NCBI RefSeq assembly: GCF_000195955.2
Contig: NC_000962.3
Coordinates: forward strand, 3,030,001 to 3,062,000
Length of the DNA stretch: 32,000 nucleotides
Direction of reading: 5' to 3'
Origin: Mycobacterium tuberculosis H37Rv
Lineage (GTDB): Bacteria > Actinomycetota > Actinomycetes > Mycobacteriales > Mycobacteriaceae
Part shown: positions 1 through 9,824 of the stretch, in pieces
Layout of the letters: every line of letters begins with the position of its first letter
Position numbering within the stretch: the stretch's first letter is position 1
Translations under genes and position numbers: made by a program
Notes under the pieces: generated by a model
Seen by the model: only the letters and a program-made list of their open reading frames with translations
Databases searched by the model: none
What the model was told of the DNA's origin: nothing

Positions 1-361
1 TCGGGGCCAATCCGATCGACCCATCCGCGCGTGTGGACAATTCGAGTTCGATGACGTCACCGGTCACCGAATAGGTTCCAACCTCAATTTCGGTGATGCC
101 GCTTGGATGGGCGAGAACGAGTTCAACGCAGCCCGGTCGGCAAACGCGGAGATACCCCGTCTCGGAATGCAGCGGCTTCCCGTCAGCTACCGCCCTGGTC
201 TGCTGTGTGTACGTCAGAAACGGTTTACCCACATGGGCGAATACGACTTCCTCGAGGTATTCGAACGGCCGGATGGTGGGGTACTTGCCCGCACCGCGAC
301 CCGCCCAACTCCCCAGGAGGGGTGACAGCGCCTGCAGGGCAGGGGCCAGATCTCGGGTCAT
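1..361 (-). CDS. Partial (3' end outside window) nitrobindin/FABP-like conserved protein, Rv2717c-like
   Basis: Reverse-strand frame from ATG at 361 reads MTRDLAPALQALSPLLGSWAGRG...SVTGDVIELELSTRADGSIGLAP without a stop to the window edge; directly upstream of no other gene on this strand except nrdR. Confidence 0.8.
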   Translation of the reverse strand, partial: MTRDLAPALQALSPLLGSWAGRGAGKYPTIRPFEYLEEVVFAHVGKPFLTYTQQTRAVADGKPLHSETGYLRVCRPGCVELVLAHPSGITEIEVGTYSVTGDVIELELSTRADGSIGLAP

Positions 362-412
362 CGCCCGCTTGCGGGGGACAGGCATGCGGGAAGCCTAGCG
401 CCGCGAGATCGG

Positions 413-877
413 TCAGCTGTGGGCTGATAGGTTGCGGTGCGCGCGAAGCGCCTCAATCTCGCGCGCGAAATCGTCCGCGGAAGAAAACGACCGGTAGACC
501 GACGCGAACCGTAGGTAGGCCACCTCGTCAAGCTCGCGCAACGGGCCCAGGATAGCCAGGCCGACATCGTGACTCGGAATCTCCGGCGACCCCGCGGCAC
601 GCACCGAATCCTCGACTTGCTGAGCCAGCAGGTTCAACGCATCGTCGTCGACCTGGCGTCCCTGGCACGCCCGGCGCACACCGCTGATCACCTTTTCCCT
701 GCTGAAGGGTTCGGTAACGCCACTGCGCTTGACTACGGCCAGCACCGCGGTCTCTACGGTGGTGAATCGTCGTCCACATTCGGGGCACGACCTCCGGCGC
801 CGGATCGCCTGGCCTTCATCGGTTTCCCGGGAATCGATCACCCGCGAATCGGGATGCCGGCAGAACGGGCAATGCAT
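413..877 (-). CDS. nrdR: Transcriptional repressor NrdR (154 aa)
   Basis: [17 protein letters not shown]...[17 protein letters not shown]: Cys4 zinc ribbon followed by ATP-cone. Start placed at the internal Met of the 413..1009 ORF. Confidence 0.96.
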   Translation of the reverse strand: MHCPFCRHPDSRVIDSRETDEGQAIRRRRSCPECGRRFTTVETAVLAVVKRSGVTEPFSREKVISGVRRACQGRQVDDDALNLLAQQVEDSVRAAGSPEIPSHDVGLAILGPLRELDEVAYLRFASVYRSFSSADDFAREIEALRAHRNLSAHS

Positions 878-1039
878 GGCCGCTCCTTTGCCGTCTTGAC
901 ATCCGGGTATCACAGACGACTCCGAGCGTACCTGTGTGCTCCCGCGGGTAGCCACTGCAGTCACGACTGATGCGCATATTGCGTCGCGGTCACCCAGTAA
1001 CGTTGACACAGAACGGTTTTCGCGGACACCGGGATGGCC

Positions 1040-1537
1040 TCAGCCAACCGGAGCGATCAGCGTCTGACCCACGGCCAATGCCGGTGTCTGCAGGCCGTTG
1101 AGTTCACGGATGCGGTCGGCAACCTGGCGGGTCGGAGCGTTCGGCGCCACCCGGACCGCCACGTCATACAGGGACTCCCCCGTTTCCACCCGTACCACGG
1201 CAAGCCTGTCGGGCACCCGACCGGTCGAATCGGCCGACCCGTCGGCCGAACCGCCGGTGATCATCTGCCCGAACTGCGCCACCAAACCAAGCCAGAGAGT
1301 AATCGCCGCGGCAAGCAGAGCCAGCCCCACCGTCGTGGCCGGCGGGACGGGCCTGCTGCCATGCCCAGTCCTCGACATCCCGACCCCGGTGCGGTGGTAG
1401 CGCAGCGGCGCACCCCCCGGCCTCGATCGGCCGGGCCTGCGCGATTGCGCCGGCTCAGCGCGGCGCCAGCGAGGTCCATCGAGCGGGCCCCGCAGATTGA
1501 GCGGATCGGGGGTATGCGGTGGCCGGACCGGTGTCAT
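1040..1537 (-). CDS. chiZ: LysM-domain membrane protein, SOS-associated cell-wall hydrolase/division regulator (Rv2719c-like, 165 aa)
   Basis: Single TM segment ([24 protein letters not shown]) followed by a LysM-like domain ([36 protein letters not shown]); divergent from lexA with shared SOS boxes. Confidence 0.88.
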
Positions 1538-1587
1538 GTTCGCTCCTCCAACTCAGACGGTAATCGCTCGCGTGTTCGACACTGTAG

Positions 1588-1603
1588 TCACTCATGTGTT
1601 CGA
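1588..1603. promoter_or_regulatory. Candidate LexA/SOS box (TCACTCATGTGTTCGA) on the chiZ side
   Basis: Reverse complement TCGAACACATGAGTGA; one conserved half site TCGAAC of the mycobacterial TCGAAC-N4-GTTCGA motif and a degenerate second half. Confidence 0.55.
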
Positions 1604-1739
1604 TATCCGAACATTTGATCGAAGCGTGTCGCACGCGCAAAACGGTAGACCACACCACCGACACGTTTCGGTTGGAGCCGGACTTCCGGCGCGAAGGCCC
1701 AGCCACTCCTCGTGCCCTCCCGCGACCGGAACACGCCTG

Positions 1740-1755
1740 TCGAACACATGTTTGA
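1740..1755. promoter_or_regulatory. LexA/SOS box (TCGAACACATGTTTGA) upstream of lexA
   Basis: Matches TCGAAC-N4-GTTYGA, 32 bp upstream of the lexA ATG. Confidence 0.88.
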
Positions 1756-1787
1756 TTCTTGGTGCGAATGCGACTACATTCATTGCC

Positions 1788-2498
1788 ATGAACGACAGCA
1801 ACGACACCTCGGTTGCCGGCGGAGCCGCTGGTGCGGACAGCCGGGTGCTGTCCGCAGATTCGGCGCTGACCGAGCGGCAACGCACTATTCTCGACGTCAT
1901 CCGCGCGTCGGTCACTAGCCGCGGATATCCGCCGAGCATCCGGGAAATCGGCGACGCCGTTGGTCTGACGTCGACGTCTTCGGTGGCGCACCAGCTGCGC
2001 ACCCTGGAGCGCAAGGGCTACCTACGCCGTGACCCGAACCGCCCCCGCGCCGTCAATGTGCGCGGTGCCGACGACGCCGCCCTACCGCCGGTGACCGAAG
2101 TGGCCGGCTCGGACGCCTTACCGGAACCCACCTTTGTCCCTGTCCTGGGACGTATCGCGGCCGGCGGCCCGATCCTTGCCGAGGAAGCCGTTGAAGACGT
2201 CTTCCCGCTGCCGCGTGAGCTGGTTGGCGAGGGCACCCTGTTCCTGCTCAAGGTGATCGGTGACTCGATGGTCGAAGCCGCGATCTGCGACGGTGACTGG
2301 GTGGTGGTGCGACAGCAGAACGTCGCCGACAACGGCGACATCGTTGCGGCCATGATCGACGGTGAGGCCACCGTCAAGACGTTCAAACGCGCCGGCGGTC
2401 AGGTGTGGTTGATGCCGCACAACCCGGCCTTCGATCCCATCCCGGGCAACGACGCGACGGTGCTGGGCAAGGTCGTCACGGTGATCCGCAAGGTCTGA
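1788..2498 (+). CDS. lexA: LexA repressor (236 aa)
   Basis: [12 protein letters not shown]...[56 protein letters not shown] wHTH plus peptidase S24 core ([20 protein letters not shown]). Start at 1788 within ORF 1497..2498. Confidence 0.97.
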
Positions 2499-2519
2499 TG
2501 CTGATCCGCGTGCAGGCTG

Positions 2520-4622
2520 TCAATCCGCCCTAATGAAGCCGTTGACTTGTGCCACTTCTTCACTGGCGAACCAGAGTTCGGCCAGCGTGTCGTGGTATAG
2601 CGCACTGCCGGGTGGGTAATACAGGCCGAAGCTCACACTGGCTTTGACGGGATAGCCGTTCGGCATCTGGTATGGGTCCTCGAGCGGCAGATGAATTGCC
2701 GGGCGCACGCCCGCACTCGGCGGTTCCGGCGGTTCTGCGGCCGCGTGCCGCCCGCCTCTGTCTTCAGCTGCGGATACAGCCGCCGCCGGCAACCCAGTGT
2801 CAGCAAGATCGGCAGCGTGGACATCGGGCGGCACCGCTTCAGGCGCCACTGCTTCCGGAACAAAGGCTTGCGGAACGAAAGTCTCCGGAACCACTCGCTC
2901 AGGAACAATGAGATCGGGACCGACTTCGGAAAGGTCGGCCTGCGACACAACGGGTGTCGGCGTGGTGTCCACCGCATCGGTGTCTTCCTCCTCGACCCCG
3001 ACGTTGCTGGGGCCGGACAGCAAGTCGCTGCCGTAGCCCTCCTCACCCGGAAGATGCTCGGCATCACCGACAGCCGCCCCGGCGCCGCGCGGCCAGCTGA
3101 CCCGCGGTGTGGACCCGGCGTCCGGCGCCACAGGTTCCGGCGGGAACTGGTCGCCGAAACCGAAATGCTCTGAACCGAAGTCCTCGTCGGGCGGCCAGTC
3201 TCCATCAGCGGCGGTACCGTACTCGACATCCCCAGCGCGGTCATCGTCGTAAGCAGCGGCGTCGTACCCACGTCGACGCCGACGCAATCCGAACACCACC
3301 AACGCCACCATCACGACCAGGAGCACCCCCAGGGCGGCGGCCCCTAACCACCACCAATGCCAGGTGAACTTCTTGCCGGGTGGGGGCATCGCCGAAGTAC
3401 TTGGCTGGTTCTGCCCTGACACCTGCAGACCGGACAGCAAGGGCGCTAGGTTAGCGGGATCCGTAGTGAATGTGTTTTTTGCACGGTTCCACGAAATCAT
3501 GCCGCCGGTGAATTTCTGTGAGACAACATCGCCGTCGACGGTCTGGTCGCCGACCGGGGCGCCGAGCTTGCCGTTGGGGCCGCGCAGCTTGTCCCACGCG
3601 GCCACCATGGCTCCGCGCACGACGAACGCGCCGTGGTCCGGAGTCCAGAAAATCACCGGCTTGTCGGCCGCGGAGAACCTGACGATCCGGCTGGAGGGCC
3701 CAAAACCACCATCAGTTTCGTTGGCGATGGGGAAACCCAAGTCGCTGCTGACCGGTCCGCCCAGCGACTCGTACTTCGCCAGGATTTCACCCTCGACGGC
3801 GTTTGCACCGGTTGCCGGGCTGAAGAAGACCTTGCCACCGACGAAGTCCTGGGCGATACCGTCTCCGCCGATCGGGTACTGCCCACCCTTCTTGGCGCCC
3901 AGCGGACCTGCGGCACCACCTGCTGCGCGCCAGGCCATGTTGATCGCCGCGGAAGGATCGATCGCTACCTGCAAACCCTTCAGCTGCTCGGCCAGCACCG
4001 CCGGAACGGTGGTGAACTCCTTGGTTGCCCGGTTCCAGGAGACTTCACCACCGCTGAACTTCTGGGCGGTGACCTCGCCGTCGTAGGTTTCATCCCCGAC
4101 CGGGGCACCCAGCACGCCACCCGAGCTGCCGAGCTTGTCCCACGCGGCATTCAGCGCGCCGCGCACGACGAACGCACCGTGTTCAGGCGTCCAGAAAATC
4201 ACCGGGTTGTCGGCCGCGGAGAACGTGCTCACGCGACTGTCGGGTCCGGCAAGGCCGGGCACCTCGTTGATGGTCGGGAATCCCAGATCGCTGTCGGCTG
4301 CACCGCCCAGCGACTCGTATTTGTCCAGGAGCGGGCCGTAGAGGTATTTGGCACCGGTGGCCGGGGTGAAAAACATCTTGCCGCCGGCGAAGTCCAGGGC
4401 GAACCCGTCGCCTATCGGGTAAACGTCACCTTTCCGGACACCAAGTGTTGAAGTGTCACCACCCGCCTTCTCCCACGCGGCCATCATGGCGTCCTCGGCA
4501 TCGCCCATCGGCGAAGCCGCCACCGTGGGCGCCAGCAACACGGCGGTCACCGCCGTGGCCGCCAAGCCGAGCAGCGTACGCCCGATCAGCGTGCTCAATT
4601 GACCTCTCTGCCCGTTCACCAA
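2520..4622 (-). CDS. LGFP-repeat, single-pass membrane/secreted protein (Rv2721c-like, 700 aa)
   Basis: Signal-like N terminus; repeated LGFP/LGAP motifs (SDLGFPTINE, GVLGAPVGDE, GPLGAKKG, SDLGFPIANE, GKLGAPVGDQ) with repeated VIFWTP(E/D)HGAFVVRGA blocks; TM segment WWWLGAAALGVLLVVMVALVVFGLRRRRRG followed by acidic/proline-rich tail. Confidence 0.88.
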   Translation of the reverse strand: MVNGQRGQLSTLIGRTLLGLAATAVTAVLLAPTVAASPMGDAEDAMMAAWEKAGGDTSTLGVRKGDVYPIGDGFALDFAGGKMFFTPATGAKYLYGPLLDKYESLGGAADSDLGFPTINEVPGLAGPDSRVSTFSAADNPVIFWTPEHGAFVVRGALNAAWDKLGSSGGVLGAPVGDETYDGEVTAQKFSGGEVSWNRATKEFTTVPAVLAEQLKGLQVAIDPSAAINMAWRAAGGAAGPLGAKKGGQYPIGGDGIAQDFVGGKVFFSPATGANAVEGEILAKYESLGGPVSSDLGFPIANETDGGFGPSSRIVRFSAADKPVIFWTPDHGAFVVRGAMVAAWDKLRGPNGKLGAPVGDQTVDGDVVSQKFTGGMISWNRAKNTFTTDPANLAPLLSGLQVSGQNQPSTSAMPPPGKKFTWHWWWLGAAALGVLLVVMVALVVFGLRRRRRGYDAAAYDDDRAGDVEYGTAADGDWPPDEDFGSEHFGFGDQFPPEPVAPDAGSTPRVSWPRGAGAAVGDAEHLPGEEGYGSDLLSGPSNVGVEEEDTDAVDTTPTPVVSQADLSEVGPDLIVPERVVPETFVPQAFVPEAVAPEAVPPDVHAADLADTGLPAAAVSAAEDRGGRHAAAEPPEPPSAGVRPAIHLPLEDPYQMPNGYPVKASVSFGLYYPPGSALYHDTLAELWFASEEVAQVNGFIRAD

Positions 4623-4634
4623 GCCTCCCAGCCG

Positions 4635-4883
4635 ATGCCCTGCCTAGCCCGCCAGCCGGTGGATCTCCCACCGTGGGCCGGTCCCCGCTGCGGTCCGTAT
4701 TGTCCCCGGGCTCGCATAACATTGCTCCAGCGAACGACGATTGCGAAGTCCAATCGCAAATATTACGAAAACGGATACCCAGCCGATGTCAAATTGATGC
4801 CGGGGCACGCTGCTGTGGTGAGCAACCGGGCTGCAGCCCGGGCCGGGTTTGCGTTACCGTGCCGGAAACGACAACCGGACTGA
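4635..4883 (+). CDS. Small hypothetical ORF (82 aa, Rv2722-like)
   Basis: MPCLARQPVDLPPWAGPRCG...CRKRQPD; ends just upstream of the TerC gene. No recognisable domain. Confidence 0.35.
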   Translation: MPCLARQPVDLPPWAGPRCGPYCPRARITLLQRTTIAKSNRKYYENGYPADVKLMPGHAAVVSNRAAARAGFALPCRKRQPD

Positions 4884-4908
4884 TGCGGTGAGAGGAATCC
4901 CGGCTGAC

Positions 4909-6102
4909 ATGGGTGCTTCCGGCCTGGTCTGGACCCTCACCATCGTCCTGATCGCCGGCTTGATGTTGGTCGACTACGTCCTCCACGTACGCAAGACCCA
5001 TGTACCGACGTTACGTCAGGCCGTCATCCAGTCGGCGACCTTCGTGGGGATAGCGATCCTGTTCGGCATCGCAGTGGTGGTGTTCGGCGGCTCAGAGCTG
5101 GCGGTCGAATATTTCGCCTGCTACCTGACCGACGAAGCCCTGTCGGTCGACAACCTGTTCGTATTTCTGGTCATCATCAGCAGCTTCGGGGTGCCTCGTC
5201 TCGCGCAACAAAAGGTGCTGTTGTTCGGTATCGCGTTTGCGCTCGTCACGCGCACCGGATTCATCTTCGTCGGCGCCGCGCTCATCGAGAACTTCAACTC
5301 GGCCTTTTACCTGTTCGGCCTGGTCCTACTGGTCATGGCGGGCAACCTCGCCAGACCCACCGGGCTAGAAAGCCGCGACGCCGAAACGCTCAAGAGGTCC
5401 GTCATTATCCGGCTAGCCGACCGCTTCTTGCGGACCTCACAGGACTACAACGGAGACCGGTTGTTCACGGTCTCGAACAACAAGCGAATGATGACCCCGT
5501 TGTTGCTGGTCATGATCGCCGTGGGTGGCACTGACATACTATTTGCGTTCGATTCGATTCCAGCACTTTTCGGCCTGACCCAAAACGTCTATCTGGTGTT
5601 CGCCGCCACCGCGTTCTCGCTGTTGGGCCTGCGCCAGCTGTACTTCTTGATCGACGGCCTGCTGGATCGGCTAGTCTATCTGTCTTACGGGTTGGCCGTG
5701 ATTCTTGGCTTCATCGGCGTCAAACTGATGCTGGAAGCATTGCACGACAACAAGATTCCGTTCATCAACGGCGGCAAGCCGGTCCCGACCGTGGAGGTGA
5801 GCACCACCCAGTCGTTGACGGTGATCATCATCGTCCTGCTGATCACGACCGCGGCGTCGTTCTGGTCGGCGCGCGGACGGGCGCAGAACGCCATGGCGAG
5901 GGCCCGGCGGTATGCAACCGCATACCTCGACCTGCACTATGAGACCGAGTCGGCCGAACGCGACAAGATCTTTACCGCACTGCTGGCCGCTGAACGCCAG
6001 ATCAACACTCTCCCAACGAAATACCGCATGCAGCCCGGACAGGACGACGACCTGATGACGCTGCTGTGCAGGGCCCATGCCGCGCGCGACGCGCACATGT
6101 GA
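4909..6102 (+). CDS. TerC family integral membrane protein (397 aa)
   Basis: Multiple TM segments and TerC signatures (LAVEYFACYLTDEALSVDNLFVFLVIISSF; GGTDILFAFDSIPALFGLTQNVYLVFAATAFSLLGLRQLYF). Confidence 0.93.
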   Translation: MGASGLVWTLTIVLIAGLMLVDYVLHVRKTHVPTLRQAVIQSATFVGIAILFGIAVVVFGGSELAVEYFACYLTDEALSVDNLFVFLVIISSFGVPRLAQQKVLLFGIAFALVTRTGFIFVGAALIENFNSAFYLFGLVLLVMAGNLARPTGLESRDAETLKRSVIIRLADRFLRTSQDYNGDRLFTVSNNKRMMTPLLLVMIAVGGTDILFAFDSIPALFGLTQNVYLVFAATAFSLLGLRQLYFLIDGLLDRLVYLSYGLAVILGFIGVKLMLEALHDNKIPFINGGKPVPTVEVSTTQSLTVIIIVLLITTAASFWSARGRAQNAMARARRYATAYLDLHYETESAERDKIFTALLAAERQINTLPTKYRMQPGQDDDLMTLLCRAHAARDAHM

Positions 6103-6130
6103 GCCCGCGCTAGCTGAGGGCTAGCTGCGC

Positions 6131-7291
6131 CTAAACACCCAAGCCACGACCGATGATCTCTTTCATGATCTCGGTCGTGCCACCGTAAATCGTCTGTACC
6201 CGCGAATCGAGATAGGCCCGGGCGACTGGGTATTCGCGCATGTAGCCGTACCCACCGTGCAGCTGCAGACAGCGGTCGTTCAGATACACCTGCTTCTCGG
6301 TGGCATACCACTTGGCCATGGCGGCCTGCTCTGCCGTCAACTTCCCCGCCAGGTGCAGCTTAATGAATTCGTCGACCATGATGCGCACCACAGTGGCCTC
6401 GGTTGCCAGCTCGGCCAGCAAGAATCGGCTGTTCTGGAAGCTACCGATCGACCTGCCGAACGCCTTGCGCTCCTTGGCGTACTGCAGTGTCTGCTCCAGC
6501 ACGGATTCCATCCCCGCGGCCGCCATGATGGCGATCGAGATCCGTTCTTGCGGCAGGTTCTGCATCAAGTAGATGAACCCCATCCCCTCCTGGCCGAGCA
6601 GGTTTTCGGCTGGAACCGCCACGTCGGTGAAGGACAGCTCGGCGGTGTCCTGGGCGTCCAACCCGATCTTGTCCAGCTGGCGGCCGCGTTCGAATCCAGC
6701 CATGCCGCGTTCGACGACCAACAAACTGAACCCTTGCGCACCCTTTTCGGGATCCGTCTGCGCCACCACGATCACTAGGTCTGAATTGATCCCGTTGGTG
6801 ATGAACGTCTTTGACCCGTTTAGCACGTAATGATCACCGTGTTTGACGGCACGGGTGGTGATACCTTGCAGGTCACTACCGGTTCCGGGCTCGGTCATCG
6901 CGATCGCGGTGATCAATTCCCCGGTGCAGAAGTTGGGAAACCAGCGCCGCTTCTGCTCTTCGGTGGCCAGCGCCAGCAAGTACGGCGCCACGATGTCGTT
7001 GTGCAGGCCAAAACCGATCCCGCTGTACCGTCCGGCGCAGGTTTCCTCGGTGATGACCGTGTTGTACCGGAAGTCCGCGTTACCCCCACCGCCATACTCC
7101 TCGGGCACCGCCATGCCCAGAAATCCCTGCTTGCCGGCCTCCAGCCACACGCCGCGGTCGACGATCTTGGTCTTTTCCCATTCATCGTGATAGGGCGCGA
7201 CGTGGCGATCGAGGAACGCCCGGTAAGACTCGCGAAACAACTCATGTTCGGGTTCGAAAAGTGTGCGCTGGTACTTGGTGGCACTGCCCAT
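6131..7291 (-). CDS. fadE20: Acyl-CoA dehydrogenase (386 aa)
   Basis: AIAMTEPGTGSDLQGITTRAVKHGDHYVLNGSKTFITNG and C-terminal LQLHGGYGYMREYPVARAYLDSRVQTIYGGTTEIMKEIIGR signatures. Confidence 0.95.
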   Translation of the reverse strand: MGSATKYQRTLFEPEHELFRESYRAFLDRHVAPYHDEWEKTKIVDRGVWLEAGKQGFLGMAVPEEYGGGGNADFRYNTVITEETCAGRYSGIGFGLHNDIVAPYLLALATEEQKRRWFPNFCTGELITAIAMTEPGTGSDLQGITTRAVKHGDHYVLNGSKTFITNGINSDLVIVVAQTDPEKGAQGFSLLVVERGMAGFERGRQLDKIGLDAQDTAELSFTDVAVPAENLLGQEGMGFIYLMQNLPQERISIAIMAAAGMESVLEQTLQYAKERKAFGRSIGSFQNSRFLLAELATEATVVRIMVDEFIKLHLAGKLTAEQAAMAKWYATEKQVYLNDRCLQLHGGYGYMREYPVARAYLDSRVQTIYGGTTEIMKEIIGRGLGV

Positions 7292-7377
7292 GGATGCCCT
7301 CCGGGGAAGAAAATTCTGGTGCCCAACAATACCAACCGGGCGGTTGGTCGGCAGGTAGCCGGGGCGCGCCAGCCGCT

Positions 7378-7436
7378 GCGAGCGTAACGCCACGGCGAGC
7401 TTGCGTGCACCGAATTCGCCGTGGCGTTACGCTCGC
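7378..7436. repeat. Perfect 21-bp inverted repeat with 17-nt loop; terminator-like hairpin at the hflX 3' end
   Basis: GCGAGCGTAACGCCACGGCGA (7378-7398) ... TCGCCGTGGCGTTACGCTCGC (7416-7436); includes the hflX stop codon at 7427-7429. Confidence 0.85.
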
Positions 7437-8914
7437 GGCGCAAACTCGCGCAAGGTGGCAGCCAGCGCCTCCGGGACACGGGCCTTGATCCGGGTGCCCT
7501 CGGGCTTGTGCTCCGCCTGCTGTATCCGCCCATCGGCGTGCACACGGGCCACCAGGTCGCCGCGGTCGTACGGGATCACCACGTCGACGGCGGTGTCGGC
7601 GGGCACAACCAGCTCGGCCATCCGCCGTCGGAGCGCATCGATACCGTCGCCGGTGCGGGCGGAAACGAACACCGCGCCGGGCAGCCCGTGCCGCAGCTTG
7701 GCCAGCATCAGGTCGCTAGCGACGTCAACCTTGTTCACTACCAGCAGCTCGGGCGGCGGATCGCCGTCATGGTCGGCGATCACCTCGGAGATCACCTGAC
7801 GGACCGCGTCGATCTGGGCTAGCGGGTGGCCGTCGGATCCGTCCACGACGTGGACCAATAGATCGGCGTGCACGACCTCCTCCAGCGTGGAGCGAAACGC
7901 CTCGACCAACTGGGTGGGCAGGTGCCGCACAAAGCCGACGGTGTCGGTGAGCACGACTGGCCTACCGTCACCGAACTCCGCGCGCCTGGTGGTGGGTTCC
8001 AGGGTGGCAAACAGCGCGTCCTGTACCAGCACCCCGGCCCCGGTCAGCGCGTTGAGCAGGCTGGACTTACCCGCGTTGGTGTAGCCGACAATCGCGATCG
8101 ACGGCACGTCACTGTGCCGGCGACGGCTGCGCTGGGTGTCGCGGACCTGTTTCATGGCCCTGATGTCGCGCCGTAACTTGGCCATCCGCTCGCGGATGCG
8201 GCGTCGGTCAGTCTCGATCTTGGTCTCACCGGGACCGCGCAGACCCACCCCGCCACCACTGCCACCGGCGCGACCGCCCGCCTGCCGTGACATCGACTCA
8301 CCCCAGCCGCGCAGCCGCGGCAGCATGTACTCCATCTGAGCCAGCGACACCTGGGCTTTGCCCTCCCTGCTGGTGGCATGCTGGGCAAAGATGTCGAGGA
8401 TCAGCGCGGTGCGGTCAATAACCTTAACCTGCACAGCCTTTTCCAAGGCGGTCAACTGCGCCGGCGACAGTTCGCCGTCGCAGATGACGGTGTCGGCGCC
8501 GGTCGCCACGATCACTTCGCGGAGTTCGGCCGCTTTGCCCGAGCCGATGTAGGTCGACGGGTCGGGCTTGTCGCGACGCTGGATGAGTCCTTCGAGCACC
8601 TGGGAGCCGGCGGTTTCGGCCAATGCCGCCAGCTCGGCCAGGCTTGCCCGGTTGTCAGCCGCGCTGCCCTCGGTCCACACTCCCACCAACACCACCCGCT
8701 CCAGGCGCAGCTGGCGGTACTCCACCTCGGAGACGTCGGCAAGCTCGGTCGACAACCCGGCAACCCGGCGCAGCGCCGATCTGTCCTCGAGTGCGAGCTC
8801 ACCGAGGCTCGGTGTGAAGTCCGAAAGGCCCGTCTGGGGCGGATCTGGATATGTCATAGCCAGTACCCGATGGTGGCACGTGGCAGCTGGCCGCGCATCT
8901 GAATTTGCCGGCAT
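7427..8914 (-). CDS. hflX: GTPase HflX (495 aa; start uncertain, 8857 also possible)
   Basis: GRAGEGKAQVSLAQMEYMLPRLRG, GVGLRGPGETKIETDRR, SIAIVGYTNAGKSSLLNALTG (P-loop), LTDTVGFVRHLPTQLVEAFRSTLEE, NKVD-like VVNKVDVAS. Confidence 0.94.
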   Translation of the reverse strand: MPANSDARPAATCHHRVLAMTYPDPPQTGLSDFTPSLGELALEDRSALRRVAGLSTELADVSEVEYRQLRLERVVLVGVWTEGSAADNRASLAELAALAETAGSQVLEGLIQRRDKPDPSTYIGSGKAAELREVIVATGADTVICDGELSPAQLTALEKAVQVKVIDRTALILDIFAQHATSREGKAQVSLAQMEYMLPRLRGWGESMSRQAGGRAGGSGGGVGLRGPGETKIETDRRRIRERMAKLRRDIRAMKQVRDTQRSRRRHSDVPSIAIVGYTNAGKSSLLNALTGAGVLVQDALFATLEPTTRRAEFGDGRPVVLTDTVGFVRHLPTQLVEAFRSTLEEVVHADLLVHVVDGSDGHPLAQIDAVRQVISEVIADHDGDPPPELLVVNKVDVASDLMLAKLRHGLPGAVFVSARTGDGIDALRRRMAELVVPADTAVDVVIPYDRGDLVARVHADGRIQQAEHKPEGTRIKARVPEALAATLREFAPRA

Positions 8915-8930
8915 AAGCCGCTGCCTGGGA

Positions 8931-9800
8931 TCACCCCATCGCGTTCCACCAATCGTCAGCGAGATCTCCGCGGGCCACCAACACTGACGGCCCACGCAGG
9001 AAGCTGGTGGCATCGGTGACGGTAACCACGACCTCTCCGCCCGGCACGTGCACGGTGAGCGTTCCGGTCGGCGAGCCCACCGCCGCCAACGCGGCGACCG
9101 CGGCCGCAACCGTCCCGGTGCCACACGAGCGGGTTTCCCCCACGCCGCGTTCGTGAACCCGCATCCAGACCGCCCCGTCGACCGGCGCGGTGAGTACCTC
9201 GACATTGACCCCGTCGGGGAACTGCGCACCATCGAAACTCACCGGCGCACCCACGTCCAATGCCGCCAGGCCGTCGACGGTCAGCTGGGAATCCACGCAC
9301 GCCAGATGCGGGTTACCCACATCGACGGCCAGGCCGTGAAACCGCCTGCCACCAACAACAGCCTCCCCTGCGCCCAATCTGTTGGCCTTGCCCATGTCGA
9401 CGGAGACGTCGGCGTAGGCCGCCTCGACGTGGTGGCAGGTGACTGGTCGCGGTCCGGCCAGTGACCCTACGACGAACTCGTCGCGAACCTCCAGGCCACT
9501 GGCACGCAAGTAGTGCGCGAACACTCGCACACCGTTGCCGCACATCTGGGCTGCCGACCCGTCGGCGTTGCGGTAATCCATGTACCAGTCGGTCACGCGG
9601 ACACCCTCGGGCAGGCTGTCCAGCACTCCTACCGCCTGGGCGGCTCCGGCGGTCGTAACCCGCAACACCCCGTCGGCGCCCAGCCCCTTCCGCCGGTCGC
9701 ACAATGCCGCCACCCGGGCAGCGGTGAGCACCAACTCGGCGTCGACGTCAGGCAGCAACACGAAGTCGTTCTGGGTACCGTGGCCCTTCGCGAAGATCAT
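8931..9800 (-). CDS. dapF: Diaminopimelate epimerase (289 aa)
   Basis: [21 protein letters not shown]-type motif ([25 protein letters not shown]) and [17 protein letters not shown] catalytic motifs. Confidence 0.97.
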   Translation of the reverse strand: MIFAKGHGTQNDFVLLPDVDAELVLTAARVAALCDRRKGLGADGVLRVTTAGAAQAVGVLDSLPEGVRVTDWYMDYRNADGSAAQMCGNGVRVFAHYLRASGLEVRDEFVVGSLAGPRPVTCHHVEAAYADVSVDMGKANRLGAGEAVVGGRRFHGLAVDVGNPHLACVDSQLTVDGLAALDVGAPVSFDGAQFPDGVNVEVLTAPVDGAVWMRVHERGVGETRSCGTGTVAAAVAALAAVGSPTGTLTVHVPGGEVVVTVTDATSFLRGPSVLVARGDLADDWWNAMG

Positions 9801-9824
9801 CTGCGCCACTCCTCAATCACCAGA

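Noticed and set aside
4684-4908. Possible yybP-ykoY (manganese) riboswitch upstream of the TerC-family gene
   Set aside because: TerC genes are often controlled this way, but I could not find the conserved riboswitch core sequence here; a covariance-model scan would settle it.
6103-6130. GCTAGCTGAGGGCTAGC hairpin between the TerC-family gene and fadE20
   Set aside because: Short arms built on the self-palindromic GCTAGC; too weak to call a terminator without 3'-end data.
7427-9232. Full 601-aa ORF as the HflX protein
   Set aside because: Everything before 8914 overlaps the dapF 3' end antisense to... same-strand out-of-frame sequence and lacks HflX similarity; a 495-aa or slightly shorter start is more plausible.
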